A DNA stretch of 29,169 nt from a virus (taxonomy: Duplodnaviria > Caudoviricetes): positions 1 to 29,169 of the IMG/VR virus record IMGVR_UViG_3300024253_000047; one strand, given 5' to 3'. Under the pieces are notes generated by a model, which did not search any database, had not been told where the DNA came from, and saw only the letters and a program-made list of their open reading frames with translations. Below are positions 1-8,966 of this stretch, piece by piece (position 1 is the stretch's first letter; every line of letters starts with the position of its first letter). A program made the translations under genes and the position numbers.

Positions 1-119
1 ATGTATTTCCTCCTTGTAATTGGTATTTACCTAATTACAAGGGCCGCCTTCGCTACCTTTAAGGTGGTTGTTAGCGAAGGCGGCCACACATTTTTGTCAA
101 GCTGTCAAGTGATAATCCG

Positions 120-153
120 AAAAAAAAACCTGCACCACATATGTGATACAAGT
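120..153 (-). terminator. Intrinsic terminator ending the lysis operon
   Basis: Minus strand ACTTGTATCAC-ATAT-GTGGTGCAGGT (11-bp stem with G-U pairs) followed by a run of 9 T, about 40 nt after the 196..753 stop. Confidence 0.75.
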
Positions 154-195
154 CTTTTCTTAACTTAATGCCATTGAGCTCTCGCTCCGGTATTT

Positions 196-753
196 TTATC
201 CCTGTGCATAATGTATTATAGGCGCATACTCTATTCCGTTTATGATTACTGTATTTGTTGCCTGTGCAATTGCCTCAGCTGCCGGCGCTGCTAATATCTT
301 TGTCTGAGAGACATCAGGAGCGGTTTCGATTGTTGCGGGTGCAGTAACCTCTGTTTTGGCTTCTGCCATATCCTGTTCTGCCTCAATTGAAGTAGGATTA
401 ATTTCTGATGCAATTATTAACTTATTCTTGTTCAACTCCCCTGCAATCGCCTTATTTATGAAATTGATCTCATCATGAGTTATCTCGGGGAACTTTTTAA
501 TCATAAGCTGTTCAAATGTCTTGGCTTTGCTCAGAAAGAGATCCCCGAGCCTGTTATCCTCTTCAATTTTACTCCAAGCATCAAGACCGAAGTTCATCAT
601 CTCTTCATAGGCTTGTTTGCCTACCTTGCCCTCTATAAAGTTTCTGATTTCCGGAGCAAGGCATACAGCCTCTTTACCTATAAATGCCAAAACACCTACA
701 ACGAGTGCGTTTATAACAGGCACTAATACTAAGTTGTTAAAATCCATTTCCAT
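196..753 (-). CDS. Putative holin (LL-H-like) with Ala/Thr/Glu-rich C-terminal tail
   Basis: Single N-terminal hydrophobic segment (LVLVPVINALVVGVLAFIG) followed by a charged helical region; directly downstream of the endolysin; RBS GAGGAGG. Confidence 0.6.
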   Translation of the reverse strand: MEMDFNNLVLVPVINALVVGVLAFIGKEAVCLAPEIRNFIEGKVGKQAYEEMMNFGLDAWSKIEEDNRLGDLFLSKAKTFEQLMIKKFPEITHDEINFINKAIAGELNKNKLIIASEINPTSIEAEQDMAEAKTEVTAPATIETAPDVSQTKILAAPAAEAIAQATNTVIINGIEYAPIIHYAQG

Positions 754-761
754 TCCTCCTC

Positions 762-1712
762 TTAATTTAAATACTGTGCAGATACAAAGCCATTGCCTGA
801 GCCAAATTGAATAATAGCCCAGCCGTTCTCAACCCAGTATGTCTTGACTTTCGTGCCCTGCGGCAGGCTTCCGATGATGTTGTCATCCATACCTGCCGAG
901 CTTCTGACATGTAGCGAGCTTGCGTTAACCGTCTTAACTATCGGAACAAGTCCTATGTAGTCAGCGCATACCCAGCCGTATCCGTTCCGGTACGGTATCT
1001 CATACCAGTTCCCCAGCTTGGATATTATGCTCACCTTTTCTCCCTGTGTCAGACTTCCGATGATATTCCCAGGGTTGATTTCTGATGAGCTCCTTACCCT
1101 GAGAACGCTGGCTGTTACGGTTCCAATTCTACCGTTTGATAGTATAGACCCTCTTGACAAATCTGTCGAAGGGACCGTCGTTGATATGGCGTGACCCAAT
1201 ATACCCTCAGCAATGGTTTTGCCCAAGAGGTCATATCCATTCTGCTGGTAGAGCTTGACGTCCGAGAGCTGGTCCAGGAAGAATGGCTCAATTATAATGC
1301 AGGGCATATGGGTATACTTAATCTCGTATAGGCCCCTCACATCATACTTTGCGCCGCGGTCATGGAAACCGAGCTTAGCGATTGCCTTGTCTACCTGTTC
1401 GGCATACATCTGTCCCTTTGCCGATCCGAGAGAGTAAAGGACTTCGCATCCAACCCCTCCGGATGCATTGATGTGGCAACTGACGAAAAGATCCGCTCCC
1501 CATGTGTTTGCTTTATTTACTCCATACTCCAGATCTGCTGCCGATGTTGCAGTCGGTCCCGGCGGGGTGACGTCCAGAACCTCATTGCCTGTATACTTCA
1601 GGTATTTAATCACTGCGGGATAGTAATGCCTATCCTCTGTCACTTCGTCCAGAATTCCAACCGCTCCGGGCACTCCCCTGTTATGGCCCCCTCTAATGCA
1701 AATTCGCATCAA
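762..1712 (-). CDS. Endolysin: N-acetylmuramoyl-L-alanine amidase (Amidase_3) with two C-terminal SH3b domains
   Basis: Zn-amidase motifs RGGH, E (DEVTE), SCHINA, IIIEPFF; two repeats of VTASVLRVRSS...IIGSL..G.KV...WY...GWV. Confidence 0.93.
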   Translation of the reverse strand: MMRICIRGGHNRGVPGAVGILDEVTEDRHYYPAVIKYLKYTGNEVLDVTPPGPTATSAADLEYGVNKANTWGADLFVSCHINASGGVGCEVLYSLGSAKGQMYAEQVDKAIAKLGFHDRGAKYDVRGLYEIKYTHMPCIIIEPFFLDQLSDVKLYQQNGYDLLGKTIAEGILGHAISTTVPSTDLSRGSILSNGRIGTVTASVLRVRSSSEINPGNIIGSLTQGEKVSIISKLGNWYEIPYRNGYGWVCADYIGLVPIVKTVNASSLHVRSSAGMDDNIIGSLPQGTKVKTYWVENGWAIIQFGSGNGFVSAQYLN

Positions 1713-2248
1713 ACCACACTCCTTTTTATTTTTGTTTTATTGTAGCTGATTTTCTGTGTGCGCTTTCTGGCAAGCCCAGCCTCATTAATGTAATCTAAGA
1801 TTACAGTCTTTCCAACTCCAAGCTGTTTTGCAACGTATCTCCCTGAGTACCCCTCTAAATATAATTGCTCAGCAATATCACGTTCGAATTTCTGTTTTTT
1901 CGGATCTTTATTGTGCATGATAATATGTTTTGATCGATCCATAATCTCAAGATTAGATACCCGGTTATCAGTCTTTATCCCATTCTTATGATGCACTACA
2001 TTGCCTGAATTTGATTCATATCCCCAAAATGCCTCAGCGACTAATATGTGAATCAACTTATATTTTCCTTTAAGGCAGACTCTATCATAGCCTTTCCCAT
2101 TGTGTGGTTTAAGAAAGAATTCCTTATTCGATATAACTTTCTTGCCCCAGGTATTTACTACTTTGTATGTCCTCTTCACCTGGCCATCTTCTGAAACTTG
2201 ATATGCTCTATCAAAACTTCTTATATCTCTCCAGATCGTAATAATCAC
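1709..2248 (-). CDS. Free-standing NUMOD4-HNH homing endonuclease with C-terminal HTH
   Basis: N-terminal WRDI...YQVSEDGQVK (NUMOD4); HILVAEAF...VHHKNGIKTDNRVSNLE (HNH_3); C-terminal HTH-like LYLEGYSGRYVAKQLGVGKTVI. Confidence 0.88.
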   Translation of the reverse strand: MIITIWRDIRSFDRAYQVSEDGQVKRTYKVVNTWGKKVISNKEFFLKPHNGKGYDRVCLKGKYKLIHILVAEAFWGYESNSGNVVHHKNGIKTDNRVSNLEIMDRSKHIIMHNKDPKKQKFERDIAEQLYLEGYSGRYVAKQLGVGKTVILDYINEAGLARKRTQKISYNKTKIKRSVV

Positions 2249-2272
2249 CTCCGACCATAATTTTTACATAAT

Positions 2273-2293
2273 AAAAAAAGACCTCTTGGCCCC
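2273..2293 (-). terminator. Putative intrinsic terminator after the 2295..2612 gene
   Basis: Minus strand GGGCC-AAGA-GGTCT followed by a T run; short stem. Confidence 0.5.
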
Positions 2294-2294
2294 T

Positions 2295-2612
2295 TTAAAT
2301 ACCTCCCTCTTTCATTTCGCTTAACTGTAAATGCTCATCAATCCTTTTATGGCTGGATTTGGTGCTTTCCTCGCATCTTGCCAGCCTGTCGTTGATATCA
2401 TCAATCTTCCTGCCGTGTTCTTTCATGTCAATTCTTATCGAATCAACTCCCCATGCGATATTGTCGAGCTTGGTTTCAAGTTTCACATTCTGTGTCACAC
2501 TCTGGGTTATATCTTCCTTAATGTCTTTCTTTCCTGCTCGTACCGAGCCAAGAACTCCTATGCCTATTCCTATGATGGTGCTTACTGCTGTTATTGATAT
2601 TGGATCTGGCAT
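2295..2612 (-). CDS. Lysis-module membrane protein (XhlA/holin-like), N-terminal TM plus coiled coil
   Basis: Hydrophobic ISITAVSTIIGIGIGVLG, then heptad pattern ending RLARCEESTKSSHKRID, typical of Bacillota phage genes before the endolysin. Confidence 0.65.
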   Translation of the reverse strand: MPDPISITAVSTIIGIGIGVLGSVRAGKKDIKEDITQSVTQNVKLETKLDNIAWGVDSIRIDMKEHGRKIDDINDRLARCEESTKSSHKRIDEHLQLSEMKEGGI

Positions 2613-2627
2613 TAACTAGCACCCCCT

Positions 2628-3602
2628 TTAAATTACTGCTACGAAAGCAATGCCGCAAAGGGATGCCCATGTTGCTCCTGCAGGATAGTCAATTTCAACA
2701 GATCCGTTGGTTCCGATGTATATTCTGGCGCTCTGCCCGACTACGCTGCTGGTTACATCAAGATTAATCGCCTGCCCTGGCCTCATATTTGCCGGCAAGG
2801 TGAATGCTACGGTTCCTGTTGTTCCTCCTGTGACATGCCCCTCAAGATATACCACACCAGCTATCCTCTTTGCTTTGGTTACATAGGTGGAGAAATTCGC
2901 CCATGAGTTCGACCATGCAATGTCGGAACCGCAGAACAGCCAGTTTGAATTTGTAGTGGAGTTTATTGCTTCCCATGCTGTCCAGGCTCCGCTCTTGTAC
3001 GATCTCAAGTACATAATGTTGGAGTTAAAATCCATAAACAGCTGAGATGGGTTATTATTTCGGCCTATATGGACAAGTGAGCCTCCGCCTGTTGCTGCCG
3101 ATGGCATATTAGAAGTTGTACTGCTGCAGAGATAGAATCCTGAGCCTCCTACAGCACTTAATCCATTACAATCGTTTATAGTGAGCATATCTGCCCTCAT
3201 ATCGGCTACATTCCCCGGAACTATGCTGCTCACGTTGTTTCCAACTGTTACATTTGCCAAGAGCAGCTTGTTTCCAGTGAGCACCGGCGGTGTCGGTGAC
3301 GCGCTCGGTGTTCCTGCAACAACAGTTATTGTGCTTGCATCAAGATCTGCGCAAACCGAGTCAATTCGTCCGTATCCTGAAGCATTTGAAGTGATTGGTG
3401 CGTTGAAAACCGCATCACTGAAGAAGAAAAGTCCATTGTAAAATCCAGAGCCAGCTGCCACATCAACCGACAAGTTATTTGGCGAATGCGCTGTAACTCC
3501 TAGGCCGGACTTTACTCCGTTCGGTACAGTTGCAGCCCATTGATTTTGATCGTCCGCCGGATAATATGTTGTGCTGTTTAAGTGATTTACTTTGATTGTC
3601 AT
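2628..3602 (-). CDS. Tail fibre / receptor-binding protein
   Basis: Position after tail-tip genes; central pyocin-knob-like segment (SGFY...NMP...QLF...MYLRS...WTAWE); C-terminal GVVYLEG...FTLPANMRP motif common in fibre tips. Confidence 0.75.
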   Translation of the reverse strand: MTIKVNHLNSTTYYPADDQNQWAATVPNGVKSGLGVTAHSPNNLSVDVAAGSGFYNGLFFFSDAVFNAPITSNASGYGRIDSVCADLDASTITVVAGTPSASPTPPVLTGNKLLLANVTVGNNVSSIVPGNVADMRADMLTINDCNGLSAVGGSGFYLCSSTTSNMPSAATGGGSLVHIGRNNNPSQLFMDFNSNIMYLRSYKSGAWTAWEAINSTTNSNWLFCGSDIAWSNSWANFSTYVTKAKRIAGVVYLEGHVTGGTTGTVAFTLPANMRPGQAINLDVTSSVVGQSARIYIGTNGSVEIDYPAGATWASLCGIAFVAVI

Positions 3603-3620
3603 TTATTCGCTTTCACCTCT

Positions 3621-4658
3621 CTATCCTATATATATTTTTTTATTAGGAAGTAGTTCTTTGAATACTAAATTGCCAAAATCAAACTGCCGGACTCCTGTGT
3701 TCTCATCATGCACCATTCTCAGGATCCGCATTGTCTGCTTGAATCCAAAATAAGGTACCAAGCTGACCGTTACAGTATCACCGACCTTCAAGTCCGAGAA
3801 AGGGCAAAGGGCCGAATCTACCGCCTTGATTGAGAATGTATTGAGTGGGTAGGCTGTTCTCTGCAATGCTCCGGCTGTTTCATTGTTTAAAGTCGCCTGA
3901 TCTGTCACCCCCGAATTTGCATTGAATGTTCCCTCCATTAATCCATAGAGGGCAATGCTCGTGCTATCCGAGGCGGTTCCCGAAAGAGAACCGTTTGATC
4001 CGTAGTACGAGTTCGCCATGCTGAGTATATCTTGCGCCAGAGTCGGTTTCTCAATGATATTGTCCGCTATGCCGCCAGACTCAAGGGTATAATAAGCCTT
4101 TGCGGTACCTTTCCTGAGATAGAAGTTTAGGTTCCTATTCACATCCACATCAAAGTCATAGTTAACGTCCGCACAATATTCCTTTATTTTATCGAGCAAG
4201 AAGTCTGTTTCCTGTACTGTTCTTTGGGTTTTTAGAGCACCGCTCGCAATGCTGCCGGCTGTCACTCCTGTGGCTCCAATCGCGTTTATATCTGCCAAGA
4301 GCTGCGTGAGCAATGTCCCATAGTCTGTGGAAGTGTAGCTCTTGGCTCGCATTCTTCGCCATTTCAGCAATGCCATATAGTCAATGCAGTTCAGTTTTAA
4401 TGCCGGATTGTCGAAGTTCTGTCCGGCTATGATGCCGCCCCATATACAAGCGGCAGTTATATCGTCCCACACTTCAATATGGTTTCTGAATGCCATGTTT
4501 GCAGCTGTGCATTTTGGGCTTTCAAGTCCGAGTGAAACCGCAGCGGTGTCTATGTCATTCAAGGTCCATCCATATGTGAGGTCACCGTTGAAGCTGCTTA
4601 TTTCATCAAGCTGGTTGTGGTTTTGGTCGAATATTTTTAGACTTTTCATTATATCCAC
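3621..4658 (-). CDS. Tail tip/hub protein (Tal or ReqiPepy6 Gp37-like); start may be ATG at 4649
   Basis: Position after Dit; SIALYGLME and DLKVGDTVTV motifs typical of siphovirus hub proteins. Confidence 0.7.
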   Translation of the reverse strand: MDIMKSLKIFDQNHNQLDEISSFNGDLTYGWTLNDIDTAAVSLGLESPKCTAANMAFRNHIEVWDDITAACIWGGIIAGQNFDNPALKLNCIDYMALLKWRRMRAKSYTSTDYGTLLTQLLADINAIGATGVTAGSIASGALKTQRTVQETDFLLDKIKEYCADVNYDFDVDVNRNLNFYLRKGTAKAYYTLESGGIADNIIEKPTLAQDILSMANSYYGSNGSLSGTASDSTSIALYGLMEGTFNANSGVTDQATLNNETAGALQRTAYPLNTFSIKAVDSALCPFSDLKVGDTVTVSLVPYFGFKQTMRILRMVHDENTGVRQFDFGNLVFKELLPNKKIYIG

Positions 4659-5446
4659 CTCGCTGTTAATGCAACAGAACAGCTCATTCCTGTTCCAATA
4701 GTAGTCGGGACGAAGGTCAGGCTATTGATTCCCGGTTGGCAGCTTAGCCACTTGCTCGAAACTGTTTTTGCGTTTATCTTGTTGGTTGTTCCGTTGAGTT
4801 TTATGCTCCTTGTGGCAGGCCTGCAGTCAATCACGAGGGTATCGCTCTGCGCGAGCGTTATGTTCAAGGTGAGCGACTCTCCTGTGGTGGAGTTCGTAAT
4901 CGTCGGGTTGGTGCAGGCTCCGGTTATGGTTATAACTGGATAAGCCACAGCATTGCCGGCATTTGATATGCTCCCTGCGCCTCCGGAAACCACTCCATAA
5001 ACAATAGGGTATGTGTAAGGATAAGTGAGTCCCGACCCTGAAACCGGGTTCAGGTTGATTGTGACCGTATTCTGCGCATAAAGATACGGATCAGCCATGA
5101 AAAGCTGAACTGATACCTTCCTAGTGTTATCCCCTGAAGCTTTTGATCGAACCTCTACATACGCTGTCAGCACCCCCAGTCCCACGATATTCGCCACAAG
5201 AACCTTCTGCCCTCCTGAATATAAAACCTGATTTAACGCGGCTATCTTCTGAGGGTCCCACGTTTTTATCTGTCCGTTCAGAACGAGGACTTTCGGGTTT
5301 ATTTTTGATCTATTGAAGCTCTGTCCATCAATAAAAAGGTCGTTTGCGAAGATGTTCTTGTCGAAATCAAACAGTCCGCTCACAGAGAAGTAATAATCAC
5401 TGCTTATAAGATTTAATCCATTTAAGGTTAAGCCGATTATTTTCAT
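4649..5446 (-). CDS. Distal tail protein (Dit, Sipho_tail family)
   Basis: Immediately after tape measure; ADPYLY, NAGNAVAYPVITITG and PGINSL motifs. Confidence 0.8.
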   Translation of the reverse strand: MKIIGLTLNGLNLISSDYYFSVSGLFDFDKNIFANDLFIDGQSFNRSKINPKVLVLNGQIKTWDPQKIAALNQVLYSGGQKVLVANIVGLGVLTAYVEVRSKASGDNTRKVSVQLFMADPYLYAQNTVTINLNPVSGSGLTYPYTYPIVYGVVSGGAGSISNAGNAVAYPVITITGACTNPTITNSTTGESLTLNITLAQSDTLVIDCRPATRSIKLNGTTNKINAKTVSSKWLSCQPGINSLTFVPTTIGTGMSCSVALTARWI

Positions 5447-5458
5447 TGACTCACCTCG

Positions 5459-7420
5459 CTAAATAGGGCAAAGGAACTGAAGCTGTTGCAGGGCTTTGTT
5501 CTTGTCCCCTATGCTCTGCAGATACATGTTCTCAACATGCACATGCTGTTCCACTTTTTTATTGTTCGTCACGCTTGATCCGGAGTTCCCCGATATTCCT
5601 GCTGTGGCATTGACCTTCATGTCCGCGCTTAACCCTTTTAATGCATCGCTGACAACGTGCTTATTTCCCTTAATCCCTTTTGCTAGGCCCGACATGAAGT
5701 CCGGCATCCAAGTTTCGTAGTCGGTCAAAGGTCCTTCGTCTGGTACGGAGAAGTGCAGGAATGACTTGATTTTGTTTGCAATGTCTGTGGCCGCGTTCCC
5801 TACTCCTCCGATCATATTTTTTATCCCATCGATAAACCCCTGAATGAAGTCTCGACCCCATTCTGCAGCTTTTTTCGGAAGGTTGGTGAATATATCCCCG
5901 AGTCCATTTATAACTCCGCCCACGAACTTGACCGCATTTCCTACAGTTTCAGAAATAACCTTCCAGCTGTAAAGCACAAAGTCGTGAAAAGTCTTGTTGT
6001 GATTGAAAAGGTAGATGAATGCTGTTGTAAGCAATGTTATGACGAGCATTACCTTTCCGAATGGACTCATTTCCATGACAAAATTTAAAGCCTCCTGAGC
6101 TATCGTCAACGCTTTGGTGATACCTCCCCACGCTTTCTGAGCTGCCGCTATGCCATCTATAACTCCATTAACCACCTTTAATGCCATGAAAGCCGCGCCG
6201 ATTCCAAGCACCATGTTTTTGACAAAATCTCCGTGGCTCACTATGAAATTGAAAACGTCTTTTATTATAGGCGCAAGAGTGGTCCCGAGTTCCTTCCTAA
6301 GCTGAATGAAGGACTGGATCGCCTTGTCTAGTTCGGTTTTATGAGTTTTAACTATCTCTGTCAGCTTTTGAAACCCCTCCATGAGTGGTGGAATTACTGC
6401 CTGGACTACCGGGACGAGTGCCTTTGCGAGAACCCCGGACAGAGCGCCGGCCTGAAGCTTCAATGCCTTAAGCGCGACTTCTGTATCGTGGGCCTGTTTC
6501 GGATCAACTCCTATTCCCTTGACCTGTGCGGCGGCTTCCTTCGCTGTTTTATAGTCCTCAAGCATCGGTATCAATGCCTGTCCCTTCGTGCCGAGCAAAG
6601 TCGCGGAGAACTCTTCTTCCCGGCCTGCATCGGCAGCTTTTTGATATGCCGCGGCGAGGTTGTCCATCTGTGCTGTCATTGGCAGGAGCTTTCCTGTTGA
6701 ATCAATCAATGATAGTCCGAACTCCTGCATGGCTTTAGTTGTGGCATTTCCCTTCTTGCCTGCGGTTTCTACGCTCTTGTCCATTCTCGTGAGAGTCGAT
6801 ATGAAGGACTTTGAGTCGGTGTCCGATACCTTGAGCATCTTGTTTACCGCGGCGGCTTCCTGCGTGCTGATATGCATCTTCTGGCTGAGTTCATAAGTGG
6901 CATTGCCGGCTTCAATCGCGTTCTCTGTGAACTTGAAAAGGCCTGCTCCGCCTGCTACAGTCGCTGTCAAACCGATTAATGCATTTTTAAGGTTCATAAT
7001 ATGGCCCTGTGCTTTTTCGCTCGTATCTTTTGTCTGGCTCCCCAAACTGGCCCAAGAGAACTTCTGCTCTTCCATGCTTCTTGTGGTGGTTTTAAGCTCG
7101 CCTTCCAGTCCGTTTAAGGCTGTTTTTGCCTTGGCTATCTCGGTGCTATACTTCATGGCGGCGGCACTGGCTTCTCCGTTGGTTTCAACAGCTTTGAGGT
7201 ACCTTCCGTTCAGTTCCTCGAGCTTAAGCTTTTGAAGCTCGATCTGCCGGTTGAGTCCGCTTATTTTCTCGCCGGACGTGCCGAAGTCTACCACCCTGCT
7301 GCCGGCTTCCTTGAATTGCGCCTGGACTAGCCTTAGCTGGCTGTCAATTCCCTTTAAACCCTGCTGAAATTCCTTACCATCAAGTCCAAACTTGGCATTC
7401 AAACCTAAATTAGTCCCCAT
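5459..7420 (-). CDS. Tail tape measure protein (653 aa)
   Basis: N-terminal LDGKEFQQGLKGIDSQLR coiled coil; Ala/Gly-rich helical body; C-terminal WGRDFIQG...FLHFSVPDEGPL..W motif. Confidence 0.92.
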   Translation of the reverse strand: MGTNLGLNAKFGLDGKEFQQGLKGIDSQLRLVQAQFKEAGSRVVDFGTSGEKISGLNRQIELQKLKLEELNGRYLKAVETNGEASAAAMKYSTEIAKAKTALNGLEGELKTTTRSMEEQKFSWASLGSQTKDTSEKAQGHIMNLKNALIGLTATVAGGAGLFKFTENAIEAGNATYELSQKMHISTQEAAAVNKMLKVSDTDSKSFISTLTRMDKSVETAGKKGNATTKAMQEFGLSLIDSTGKLLPMTAQMDNLAAAYQKAADAGREEEFSATLLGTKGQALIPMLEDYKTAKEAAAQVKGIGVDPKQAHDTEVALKALKLQAGALSGVLAKALVPVVQAVIPPLMEGFQKLTEIVKTHKTELDKAIQSFIQLRKELGTTLAPIIKDVFNFIVSHGDFVKNMVLGIGAAFMALKVVNGVIDGIAAAQKAWGGITKALTIAQEALNFVMEMSPFGKVMLVITLLTTAFIYLFNHNKTFHDFVLYSWKVISETVGNAVKFVGGVINGLGDIFTNLPKKAAEWGRDFIQGFIDGIKNMIGGVGNAATDIANKIKSFLHFSVPDEGPLTDYETWMPDFMSGLAKGIKGNKHVVSDALKGLSADMKVNATAGISGNSGSSVTNNKKVEQHVHVENMYLQSIGDKNKALQQLQFLCPI

Positions 7421-7435
7421 CTTCTCACCCCTTTC

Positions 7436-8001
7436 TTAAAAAATATTGTCGATGAAGGCCTCCTTGCTGCTATCCGGGGAGCTTTCATCTTCGGTTAATC
7501 CGTTGTATATTTTGTGTTCATCATAGAGCGCGAGCAACTTCCTGAGAGTCATGCGCCAAAACTCGGCCTCTGTCCTCCTGAGAATCACTGTCCCTATGTA
7601 CATCAATCTCGCCCAGTTCAGCTGAGTCGAATCAGTTATTTCTTCTTCGCTGTTGCCTTCTGTACTGCCTCCACTGGGCCTTCCTCGTTTGGGAGTCCTG
7701 CGCCCATAGCTTTCATTATCAAGTCGGATATCTCTGCGGTTCTGTCGAGAGTGAATATTTTTCCCACTTCTCGCTCTGTGAGTTCTTCATCCTCATGTCT
7801 CAGGCCTATGTGGAGCAGTTTCCTTATTGCCTTTACGGATCCTCCTAGAAGGGCCTCAAAAGCTTTGTCGATGCTCTCGTATTCCTCCTCAAGATCTGCA
7901 AAGGCATTCAGATCGAAAACTATGTGCCTTTCCTTGTCGAGCATAATGGTCGGCGCTTTTGTCCTTATATCCTCGAGATATTTATTGACTGATTCCCTCA
8001 T
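7436..8001 (-). CDS. Tail assembly chaperone, frameshifted long form (lambda gpGT-like); -1 shift at 7687-7693
   Basis: In-frame C CCA AAC heptamer; the -1 frame is open to TAA at 7436-7438 and encodes LNWARLMYIGTVILRRTEAEFWRMTLRKLLALYDEH. Confidence 0.8.
7636..8001 (-). CDS. Tail assembly chaperone (lambda gpG-like)
   Basis: Between major tail and tape measure genes; LDKERHIVFDLNAFADLEEEY motif. Confidence 0.85.
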   Translation of the reverse strand: MRESVNKYLEDIRTKAPTIMLDKERHIVFDLNAFADLEEEYESIDKAFEALLGGSVKAIRKLLHIGLRHEDEELTEREVGKIFTLDRTAEISDLIMKAMGAGLPNEEGPVEAVQKATAKKK

Positions 8002-8013
8002 CTTGTTCCTCCT

Positions 8014-8041
8014 AAATTAAAAGGAGAGCCGAAGCCCTCCT
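8014..8041 (-). terminator. Intrinsic terminator after the major tail gene
   Basis: Minus strand AGGAGGGC-TTCG-GCTCTCCT followed by TTTAATTT. Confidence 0.75.
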
Positions 8042-8052
8042 AAGGTTACGCA

Positions 8053-8949
8053 TTAAGCACATGTGAAGTTTGAAACGTAAGGTGCTGCAATCGCATTGTT
8101 GTTGAGGTCTTTGACGTCTGTCGTGACCATGATGTAGTATTTTGTAGCTGCAGTAAGGGCCGAAGAAGGCGCGATAGTGACAATCGTTCCTGCTCCATTG
8201 ATAGCATTTGTGGCCGCGACCACAGAACCATCTGTTGACTTGACGAGGAATATATTTGCTGTCCCATAGTTCTGGATTGCTTCTGAGAATGTGATTGTCG
8301 GGTTGACTGATGTTGCAACAGCTGTTGCTCCATTGGTTGGTGTTGTAGCTGTGACCGTTGGTGGAGTAACGTCTGAGCTGTTATCGACATAGCTGAACCA
8401 GTTCGTGCCGATTGAAGCGGTATATCCTGTCTCATTTTCGTCCGCTATCTTCTGCCAAGCATCGTCGTAAAGCCTTTTAACAAAGGTTCCTTTAAGAACC
8501 GGGTTCTGAACCTTCGCCTTATCCGCTAGTGTTTCGTAGTCCTGTTCTATGATTTCAAACTTGCCCTTGTAAAGCCATACATAGCGGAAGTTTCCGTTCG
8601 ACTTCTTGGATTTGAAACCTATGGCCACATAAGGAGCTATGTCGGTTGTTTTCCTGACGAGGGTTCCGGCAGAAATGGTGTGCCCGAGAACCGCCGCCTG
8701 GACAGAAAGTGGGAAGTCCTTCACAGCAAACTCGACTGTTACCTCGCCTGTGGCCTGAATGATTTCGACCGGCGCATCGTCGGCCCATTGTACTTCTGTT
8801 GCCATTTTGGTCTGTATCTTGGCGCTTACCGCCTCTGCTATCTTGACCGGCGCATTGTATACCGGAACAATCACACCATCGTCTGTGGTTGACAGTATTG
8901 CATATACAAGGTTCTTCAAACCTATACTTGGAGCTGTTGGTGCTGGCAT
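8053..8949 (-). CDS. Major tail protein (phi13 family) with fused C-terminal Ig-like domain
   Basis: IGLKNLVYA, WADD, APYVAIGF, YVWLYKGKF motifs; C-terminal DVTPPTVTATTPTNGAT...TITFSEAI...VKDLNNN (Big_5-like). Confidence 0.92.
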   Translation of the reverse strand: MPAPTAPSIGLKNLVYAILSTTDDGVIVPVYNAPVKIAEAVSAKIQTKMATEVQWADDAPVEIIQATGEVTVEFAVKDFPLSVQAAVLGHTISAGTLVRKTTDIAPYVAIGFKSKKSNGNFRYVWLYKGKFEIIEQDYETLADKAKVQNPVLKGTFVKRLYDDAWQKIADENETGYTASIGTNWFSYVDNSSDVTPPTVTATTPTNGATAVATSVNPTITFSEAIQNYGTANIFLVKSTDGSVVAATNAINGAGTIVTIAPSSALTAATKYYIMVTTDVKDLNNNAIAAPYVSNFTCA

Positions 8950-8966
8950 TTAATCACTACCTTTCT

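Noticed and set aside
1709-2294. Group I intron around the HNH gene
   Set aside because: Both flanking genes are intact and there is no non-coding room for a ribozyme core.
2628-3602. Diversity-generating retroelement acting on the tail fibre
   Set aside because: No reverse transcriptase and no template/variable repeat pair seen in the window.
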